Positions 54,673 through 64,000 of a stretch of DNA of 64,000 nucleotides are shown piece after piece. This stretch comes from the human T2T-CHM13v2.0 reference genome, Homo sapiens, in assembly GCA_009914755.4 (NCBI GenBank), contig CP068257.2, positions 37,408,001-37,472,000 of the forward strand. Reading direction: 5' to 3'. A model generated the notes under the pieces. The model worked only from the letters and a program-made list of their open reading frames with translations. It ran no database searches and was not told where the DNA came from. Every line of letters starts with the position of its first letter. Position 1 is the stretch's first letter. A program made the translations under genes and the position numbers.

Positions 54673-55558
54673 CTCTAGGACAAGCCCAAGTGGATGCAGC
54701 CTCTTCCAAGTGCCCCATTTCACAGGAGAGGCACCTCCTCCAACCTAGCTTTCTATTGCCAGTGAGGATGAGCAAGGGAGACGGACTTAGCCTGTGGCAG
54801 AAGAGTTGAGGAACTGCCTTTAAAACTGATTATGAAATATGTGAAATCTTGGGATGTGCTTCTGCTATGAAGAGCAGCATTGTGCTCTCTGTTGATGTTT
54901 AAGAGTTAGGCTACCATCTTTCAGGTGGTTTTTGAGAATAAAAGTTTGATGAGTACCTTGACCAATCTCTTGGTGTCCTTTCAAACATTCACCCTTTCTG
55001 AGATTTATCAGGGGAGAAAGGGTCGCTCATGCTCAAAAGCTCATTCACCCAACAAGCATTTACTGAGCCTTTACTGTGTGCAGGCACTATACTAAATCCT
55101 TGGTATTTAAAATGATGCATTCCTGGAGGTTTTCTTTGGCAAGTTGGCTTGGATACCTCTAGTAATGGGGAGCTCACTACCTACACAGGGCATCCTACCC
55201 CATGGCTGCGCAGTTCTTTGCTCCTCAGAAGTACCTAAACCTCACCAGTATGCTTACACACCTCCCTCCCACCAGTCAAATATCAACAGGCACCCCCACC
55301 ATAAACAGGTACACAGAGAACAGGTGAGGAAATGAGGAAATAGCAAGCAAACAAACAAACAAAGAAACACTGACGGCAACTTTTCTTACTCCTGGTATTT
55401 CTAAAAAGCAGAACAAAATCAATTTCACACCCAAGACATCTTGAAATGTTCCCAAACTTGGGCAAAGTTGACAGCTGAATTCTAAGGAGCTGCTTCCCAT
55501 TAAGAAGAGGATATTAGGAAAGAAAATTATCAGAACTCTTTGTTTAAACCATGGTCTC

Positions 55559-55870
55559 AGCCAGGCACAGTGACTCAGGCCTATAATCCCAGAACTTTGT
55601 GGGGCCAAAACGGGCAGATTGCTTGAGCCCAGGAGTTAAAGACCAGCCTGGGCAATGTACCGAGATCCCATCTCTACAAAAACTTAAAAACTTAGCTGGA
55701 CATGATGGGGTGAACCTGTGGTACCAGCAGCTACTCAGGAGGCTAAGGAGGGAGGATCGCTTGAGCCCAGGAGGTCAAGCCTGCAGTGAGCCATGACTGC
55801 ACCACTGCACTCCAGCCTGGGCAACAGAACACAGTGAGACCCTCTCTCAAAAAACAAAAACAAACAAATA
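55559..55870 (+). mobile_element. Alu SINE (AluJ-like, diverged)
   Basis: 'gccaggcacagtgactcaggcctataatcccagaactttgtggggccaaaacgggcagattgcttgagcccaggagttaaagaccagcctgggcaatgtaccgagatcccatctctacaaaaac…cactgcactccagcctgggcaacagaacacagtgagaccctctctcaaaaaacaaaaacaaacaaa'. Confidence 0.85.
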
Positions 55871-56627
55871 ACCTTGTCTCCAGAAGAGGCAAATGAGAGG
55901 CAGGACAGCACAGAGACGGAAAACTCAGGTCTTGGGGCCTGGCAGGTCTGGGTTTGAAGGCCGCTCTTTCCCCCTTTAGCTGAGGGACCTGGTGCATGTC
56001 ATTTCTTAGAGGAGGCTGAGTTTCCTCAACTGTAAAACCCGGTTAGAATAGTACCAGTTTCATAGGATGGCTGTGGGATGGAATGAGACACGCCATCTGT
56101 AGTGGTCACACAGAGCCACGAGCTATTAGTAAGTCAGTTGGCCTTCCCACCTGGCCACTCTCTTGCGGCTAAACAGAAGAAGGTGCAGAAACACCACAGA
56201 GATGGCTCATAAGTGCCACGTGGGGCTATGGATTCAATTAAAAGAAAAAATAAAGTCTGGAGGAAATGGAGGCAGGCAGAGGTCAGGGACAGGAGAAAAG
56301 GCGAAAAAGCACAAGTGGGGCACCCAAATGCGGAAGCCACTAGAAGCGGCGCCCCAACCCCACCCCTGCAAGAGCCTCCAAGAAACACTTGGCTGCGTCA
56401 CAGGCTTCACCCCTTCCCGCCCACACGCCTGCAAGATCCTGTTCTCAAGCTGCAGTCTTTGCAGAGTCGCAACCCACGAACAAGTTACGAAATCCATTCC
56501 AATGGCCGCAGCCGGCAATGGACAAACATGAAACTAGAACAGGTCAGAGTGCATAGCACATCTGGGGGAAATACTGTATTGTTGAACCTTTTCAGTAATA
56601 CGCACATGTGTATACCTGCTTATGTCA

Positions 56628-56870
<243 letters not shown>

Positions 56871-56879
56871 TCAGATAAA

Positions 56880-57095
56880 CCTTTCCTATTATATATATGT
56901 ATACGCAATGTATATATCATACATTCACACATATACACATATGTACGTATGTATATATATATACATTCACACATATATACATATCTACATATGTATATAC
57001 ACACATCCACACATATATACATATGTACGTATGTATATACATATTTTGTTAAATTGTTTTTGGTTTTACACATATGTATATGCACACATGTAATA
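56880..57095. repeat. Complex (TATG/TACA/CA) minisatellite, about 40-bp period, 3+ units
   Basis: Repeating 'acattcacacatata(c/t)acatat(g/c)tac(g/a)tatgtatatat…' blocks at about 56925, 56967 and 57006. Confidence 0.75.
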
Positions 57096-58048
57096 GAACA
57101 TGGGCTTCTTGCTGTCAGTTACAGCCAGGGAGATTGAAGCCGCTGGCTAAAGCACCCTTCAGGAGCAGCTCTCAGGGCTCTGGGAGCCCCTGGCAGCTCT
57201 ATCCTGTGGCTCCACCGTGCTGCCAGGGAGAGCGAGCAGGGCAGAGGCCAGCCAGCAATGGCTTTCCCTGTGGGGAGCAATGGGATGTTCATCTATTTCC
57301 TGAAGAGGCCAGGGCATAACATTAATTCTAAATGGAACAATTAAATTCCAATTAAAAATCAATTTTAAAATGTGAAAAAGTAATAGGTACCAACCGATGT
57401 CTCTTTGCATCCGTGAGACTTTCCTGGTCCCCTATGCCAAAGTTATAAGCAAAGCTCGCACCAGAGAAAGTTCCGATTTTTCATGAACCTGAGTCAGATT
57501 CTCTGGAACCAAAGATTAGAGTATTGATTCTTCCAGCATTCAGCACATCTGATAGCACCCAGGGGGTTATAAATGGCAACAAATCCTGTGAAACATCAGC
57601 CCAGAGAATACCGTCTTTATTTTACAACACTTACAAAGAGATCCCCTAAGGTTTATTTTAAAAATAAATAACATTATAAAAAGCAATTTTAGTCACCAGC
57701 CTGTTACAGCAAAATATCTGAGCCCCAGAATCCTAGGCAGACATCATCACCAGCCCGTGTGTGATTAGGAAAACGGGGTCTGGTGAGGGTGGCGCCCCAC
57801 TCAGTTGAGAGGCTCCCCTCTCAATCCCTGTCCATTTATCCTGCTGGGAGCTCTGTGGTTTGGGTCTCTATGTCTTCCTTTTTTTGAGGTGTTCAATTTT
57901 TCCCCAAGTCAAAAGGGGTGGCATCCTTCTAAGTCACCAGCTAAGAACATCAAAAACCCCAGGGCTCCATGTCCTGCTGAAGGTCAGGGCGAGGTCTCCG
58001 CCCCTCAGCACCAGCCCTCACTCTCCTTCCCCCTCCATAAGAAGGAGG

Positions 58049-58524
<476 letters not shown>

Positions 58525-59379
58525 TCATTCGAGGGGTCTAATCACAGACCCCCAAAGTGTCCTGTCTGTGGACAGAATTCCAGCAGTCTGGAACTTGCAT
58601 AGAGAAACTATGACTTTTTTTTCACTAATCTCTAGCTGAACATTAGCACTTCCTTCCATCGTGAATGTACACAACAAGCCACAGAAGCAAAAACAGTACC
58701 TGGTACTTGGTCACCAGTTAGAAATCACAGCTACTTTCATATGACACTACATCTGTTCCAGGAATCTCAGGATAGCGTTCATGCCCATCACTACATGGAA
58801 ATGAGAGTAGTTATCAGGACTGTTGATGGATCTATGAAAAAATTAATTTTTTTTAAAGAGCACAAATTAAAAAAAAATATTTGGGTAACTATGTATCAGT
58901 GTAATTGATTTCCTTTGTAACCCAGAGTGTTTTCTTTTATACATTTAAAAGCATTCTCCTAATAAGGGGTCCATAGAGGTCATGGCACCCAAAGAGGAAG
59001 GAACCCCTACCCTCATCAAAAACTCAGCTCACGGGGCTGACACACACAGGAGACCCCTAACCAAGGCTGTGGGCCAAGTGGGTGCAGACTCCGAGAGAGG
59101 CTGCGGGGAGATGGCTGCTCCTCAGTCATCCATCAGCATCTTCACCACATTCACACTTTATAATAACTAAACTGACTCAAAGCGTTTTGTGGAGCAGAAA
59201 TGGATGATGATAAATGTTTTATTCTCACATAACAGTTTACGGACGGTACGCAAGCCACTGCACTAGAACCCCACAACTGCTAGGCTGGCAAGCTGGGTAT
59301 GTTGTCATTTCTTAAATAAAGAAACTGAGACGCAAAGGAATGTAATGCTTTGTTCAGAGTCATTGAACCCACCTGCCGG

Positions 59380-59700
59380 TGGCAGAGAAAAGCCTCACAG
59401 CTGTCTTCTGACGCCAAGTCCCGGCACCTGGCTGGGCTGCCGCTCCAGGTGCGGGCATATACTGCGCATGCGCTCTGTGCTGGCCTCCCCACCCCTCCCC
59501 CGTCCCTCCGGCCCCGCCTTCCACACCCCTGTCCAGCCCCCTGGTATGAACTTAGGTGCATGGGACACCCTGTGACGACGATCATTAGGACAAGTATGCA
59601 CTTGCTTATTGGCCTGGGAGTCCCTTGGCTTCTCACAAGCTTGAAGCGCTGCGCCCCCATTGTCCCAGTGCTATGACAAGCCATGCAAAGGTAAACAATA
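59380..59700. promoter_or_regulatory. GC-rich block with moderately retained CpGs (weak CpG-island-like)
   Basis: About 14 CpG in 320 bp at about 60% GC ('gccggtggcag', 'gacgccaagtcccggcacc', 'gccgctccaggtgcgggcatatactgcgcatgcgctc', 'ccccgtccctccggccccgcc', 'gacgacgatc', 'gaagcgctgcgcccc'). Observed/expected CpG is roughly 0.5 by eye, above the surrounding background. Confidence 0.3.
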
Positions 59701-59953
59701 ACTAGTGGTCACAAGGCGGGACAGTCCACTTTCCCCAGAATATCTGCAAAAATGCATGCCAAAGGTAGTAAGCCATTTCCATTTTCCGACCCGCTGCTGC
59801 ACTTACAGTCCTCCTGCTCCTCCAGCTGGGTCTCCCAATAAAATCCAACGCCTGGAGAGGGAAGGTTCTGGCTCCTGGCCCGTCACTGGGCTGGCCTGGA
59901 TGGTGGCCTGGTGATGCCGGGGAAGCCAGCTTCATCCACGCCAGTCCTCTCAT

Positions 59954-60109
59954 CTCCCCGTGCAGGGAGTAGAAAGGACACTTTCCTCCCATCTCCCCGT
60001 GCAGGGAGTAGAAAGGACACTTTCCTCCCATCTCCCCGTGCAGGGAGTAGAAAGGACACTTTCCTCCCATCTCCCCGTGCAGGGAGTAGAAAGGACACTT
60101 TCCTCCCAT
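59954..60109. repeat. Minisatellite: 4 perfect tandem copies of a 39-bp unit
   Basis: Unit 'ctccccgtgcagggagtagaaaggacactttcctcccat' x 4 with no mismatches. It produces periodic 13-aa repeats in all three forward-frame ORFs of the track. Confidence 0.97.
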
Positions 60110-61151
60110 TTTTATGGATTCAAAAACAGAGCCCACCAGTGTGTGTGCGAGCCGGGTTGGCACCTGAGTCCCCACCCCACCCCTTGGTTCAATGTAGGAC
60201 AAAGAGGGCTCACGGGCTCCACGCCTGCTGCATGAGACTGAATTATCCTTCCTCTCTGTTTTACAGTCATGATTGCCCTGCAAAAGAACTTTCCGGCAAA
60301 AACAGCCCTTCGTCCTCTTCCCCCGTCTTCTGACCTCTCAAATTTCCCTCCAGTTTCTGGAACTTCTTTGAAGGGAATCTCCCTAAACTACTCGTCACAA
60401 AATTACATGGGGTGGAGCTGGAACATTTTTGTTTAGGATGCAAGATCCTGTTTAAACTGCACTCTGTTTTGCAAGCTCTGGTGTTTAGCCTCTCTATATC
60501 TCCTGGGCTTGTGGGGGTGGGGCAGGGGTGGGAGTGGCGTGACTCACTGCAGCAGGTTGCATAAACCTTATTGGTGCAAGATGAGTGAGAATTCAGGTGC
60601 ACATCTTTGAATGACCACCTGCATATCATCAGCCCTTGGATAGCATCTCTACTTTCTTGGGAGATTGGAGGTAAGGATACAAAACACCACAGAGACTCAC
60701 CGAGTCTCTAAGCAAAAAAGAGTCAACAGCAGCTGAATGTTGGTGGGCAGGGACACCCTGTGACGTTCAGGTGAAGTTCAGGACCCAGCCCTGTTGAGTT
60801 TGAGCAAGGTCAACATTTTCCTAACATCTTCTGGGTATTTCCACAGTTGAGAATACCAAATGATGTGGGCAGCTTGCTGGGTGCCAAGTACAACATGACG
60901 GACCCACTTACTGGGTCCATTTACTGCCAAGCCGGGCACTTACTGGGCCCACGCTAGTGGCTGTACTGCTGTGTGGCCAGACCTGGCTGTGGGAGGTGGG
61001 AGGTAATCAGGGCTTCACAAAGAGAGAACAGACATTTCCTCCACAGTGAAGGAGGAGCTGCCACTCCCACCTTCCCTCCACCTTCTGGCCAGTGTCTCTA
61101 ACATGCTCAGCACAAGTGTCACCTGGGGTGCCTGCTAAAGATACAGGTTCT

Positions 61152-61499
<348 letters not shown>

Positions 61500-61534
61500 T
61501 CAACAAGCACCCCCATATGCCCGTGGTTCTCGAG

Positions 61535-61800
61535 TACTGATGGGCATCAGAATCTCCAGACACTTGTCAAAATCCACGCCTTTACATTTACCCCAGTCTA
61601 TGAATCAGCATCTCCAGAAACCAGGCCAGGTGATTCTCAGGCATCTAAAGTTTGAGATCCTACTTTGGATGAGTGATTTTCAAAGTGGAGTCCCCAGACA
61701 AGCAGCTCCTGTGTCACCTGGGAGCTTGTTAGGCACATTCTTGGGTCCCACCCCAGACCTCCTGAGTCAGAAACTCGGGATGAGGCCCCACCCTCCAGGT
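61535..61800. mobile_element. Two adjacent MER5-like hAT MITE copies (about 61535-61665 and about 61680-61800)
   Basis: Copy a: 'cccgtggttctcgagtactgatgggcatcagaatctccagacacttgtcaaaatc…ccccagtctatgaatcagcatctccagaaaccagg…ccaggtgattctcaggcatctaaagtttgagatcc'. Copy b: 'gattttcaaagtggagtccccagacaagcagctcctgtgtcacctgggagcttgttaggcacattcttgggtcccaccccagacctcctgagtcagaaactcgggatgaggccccaccctccagg'. Both resemble MER5 ('cagtggttctcaaagtgtggtccc…cagcatcacctgggaacttgttagaaatgc…cccaccccagacctactgaatcagaaactctggg…ccaggtgattctgatgcacgctaaagtttgagaaccactg'). Confidence 0.6.
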
Positions 61801-62941
61801 GAGAGCCACTGGAGTTAGACTGTGAGCTTCCCAAGGCCATGCACTTGTCCTGGTCACAGCTTAGAGTGTGGTACTTGGTGCTGAGTCAGCACGGGGGCTC
61901 TCCCTGGCTTCTAAGAGAAGTGAATGAGTTTTCCTCACCACTGACTGCCCAGGACACCCCATCTGGGCCAGAAGGAGCTGCCTGCTGTCTCCTTCTCCCA
62001 GGGGCCAGAATACAGCTCCTTAGGCACCTGTATTTGCAGGAAAGGCTGCTGTATGGGGAGAGAGCAGGCCTTGCCCTCAGTTTGGCTAACTTCTCACAGC
62101 TCCAGTTTCATCTATCTTGCTCTACCGCTGCAAAAGAATTGCCCCATGCCTTATGCATTTTGCCTCAGAGTCCCAGGAGTGCAATGTCCAATGTGGGGTG
62201 TGCTTTCTCTACTAGCTTAAAGTACAGAACAAATACCCCTCTGCTCCTATATGAACATGAACTGTTCATTCTAGTGATGGCTCTGAACAAAGCCGGGGGT
62301 CCCCTTTAAGTTGGCTTGAACATTTGCATTTCTGTTCCAGTCCTACTCATTTACAGATAACACACGGAGCCCTCCAAGCCCTTGCCACCCCTTTCCAGTC
62401 CTATTCCACTCTTCCCTCACCCTTCCCAGACCAGCTCAAGCACCCCTCATCCAGGAAACTTCCCCAGCCCTTTCCAGCTCTGGCTGATCTACCTGCTCTC
62501 CAAAGGTGAAGAAGCCGTTGCCTTCAGTGAGAATTTGGCACTTTGGGGCTCTCTTGAACCTTTGTCTTATTTCCCCAATAAAAGTGATAGTCCGATCAGG
62601 GCAGGGTCAATATTTATTGTCTTATTTTCATTCCGTCAAATTACTCAGCACCCCAGAGAGTTTTGATCATGAAGGTGCTCAGTAAGTGTTGGATGGCAGC
62701 ATAGAGGTCAATCACAAAAGCAAGAAACCACACAGCCACTGCTGCAGATGAATGTCTCTGGATCTGCCCACACCCTTAGAATGGTTCCAGATCAACTGGG
62801 CGTCTGTCCAGCAGCCTAGGAGTGAGCTTTGGATCCTTTACAAAAACAAGAAGGCAGTAGCACCCCCTGAAAACCATGCCTTACAGTTAACCTGCCTCTA
62901 AGGTACAGGCCCTTCCAACCTGCTGTTTAGCAGGGAGAAGG

Positions 62942-63272
<331 letters not shown>

Positions 63273-64000
63273 TCAACAGACCTATGTTCAAATTAATCAC
63301 TACGTATTATTAATATCAAAATAACTGTTAACCTACAGCTGACCTCAGCCACTGCCCTCTGCTGGCCCACTCTGGAGGGATCTGGCTCTGCACCCCGGAT
63401 TTCTGCCCTTCCTGCACCCTCCCAGGAGGACGCTGCTCCTACCCTATGTTGGGGGGCATTTGAGTTTGGAGATCAAGGAGAACTGCGAAGAGAAGAGAAG
63501 AAGAGCTTCAGTCATGGCTGGAGGGAGGCATTGGAAAGGAGGTCAGAAGGACGCAGTCAGAGAGTGTGGGAAAATTGGAATGCCGGAAGAAGGAGAAATG
63601 AAATGAGAAGGGGTGCTGGGGATAAGTTGGATCCCCTTTAATATACTTCCAGAAGTGCAAATAAATGATGGGATTTCCTTTACATTGATCTTCAATGATC
63701 AAACTGTGCTTCTTAAACTAAACATGATTCTCAGAGACAGTCACGGCTGCAATGCGGTTACAATGATGAGAAGCCTTTCCTGGCCCTGGAGCTAACTACA
63801 TCCCATGCAACTGGCCCCGACATAGGTACTGCTGTCATAATGACCTTGCAGGTGGGGACAGTCAGGCAGACAAGAGGTTGCCCTAGGCCCCACAGCTGGG
63901 CAAGGCAAAGCCCAAAATAGAGTTCATGCTGGTGCCAGGTCAGTGCTCTCAGACACTCATGTCCTGTCTCTAGGCAGGGCCAGCCCCTCCCCGTGCAGGG

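Noticed and set aside
59702-60333. 193-aa minus-strand ORF and 140-aa plus-strand ORF with internal 13-aa repeats (…HGEMGGKCPFYSL… / …PRAGSRKDTFLPS…)
   Set aside because: The periodicity is a by-product of the 39-bp x 4 minisatellite, which is divisible by 3 and so open in several frames. There is no other coding evidence.

Overview
This window looks like primate (human-like) nuclear genomic DNA, not a prokaryotic locus. There are no operons, CRISPR arrays or compact coding systems to report. Nearly everything I can support from the sequence is interspersed or simple repeats.

Repeat content:
- About 20 Alu SINEs in both orientations, several with intact poly-A tails and readable target-site duplications (TSDs).
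- Three LINE-1 copies: a 2.5-kb 5'-truncated L1 with a frameshifted ORF2 (about 44978-47530), a minus-strand L1 3' end abutting it tail-to-tail, and an older minus-strand L1 (about 25235-27640) carrying three nested Alu insertions. Two further old L1 3'-end fragments are present.
- MaLR LTRs: a THE1B solo LTR, an older MST/THE1-like LTR, an MLT1 LTR whose internal microsatellite has expanded into a higher-order tandem array, and one more MaLR-like LTR.
- MIR SINEs, a Tigger1 deletion derivative, hAT-type MITEs (MER5-like) and several palindromic MITEs.
- Many microsatellites: (CA)n, (GT)n, (TTG)n, a 150-bp (GAAGGA)n purine tract, and TATG/CA-rich complex repeats.

I found no convincing protein-coding exon. 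The long ORFs in the supplied track are translations of L1 ORF2, Alu, CA/GA microsatellites or GC-rich low-complexity DNA.

Most noteworthy non-TE structures:
- A perfect 4 x 39-bp minisatellite inside a GC-rich, CpG-retaining block (about 59.4-60.3 kb).
- A 147-bp tandem duplication carrying (CA)n (37.09-37.38 kb).
- A satellite-like array grown out of an MLT1 LTR (28.77-29.34 kb).
- A possible retrocopy 3' end (AATAAA followed by A18) next to a CpG-retaining segment (10.6-11.3 kb).
- A candidate L1 twin-priming inversion junction near 47.95 kb.

All coordinates are approximate to within about 10 bp. Repeat family names are from memory of consensus sequences and need RepeatMasker confirmation.
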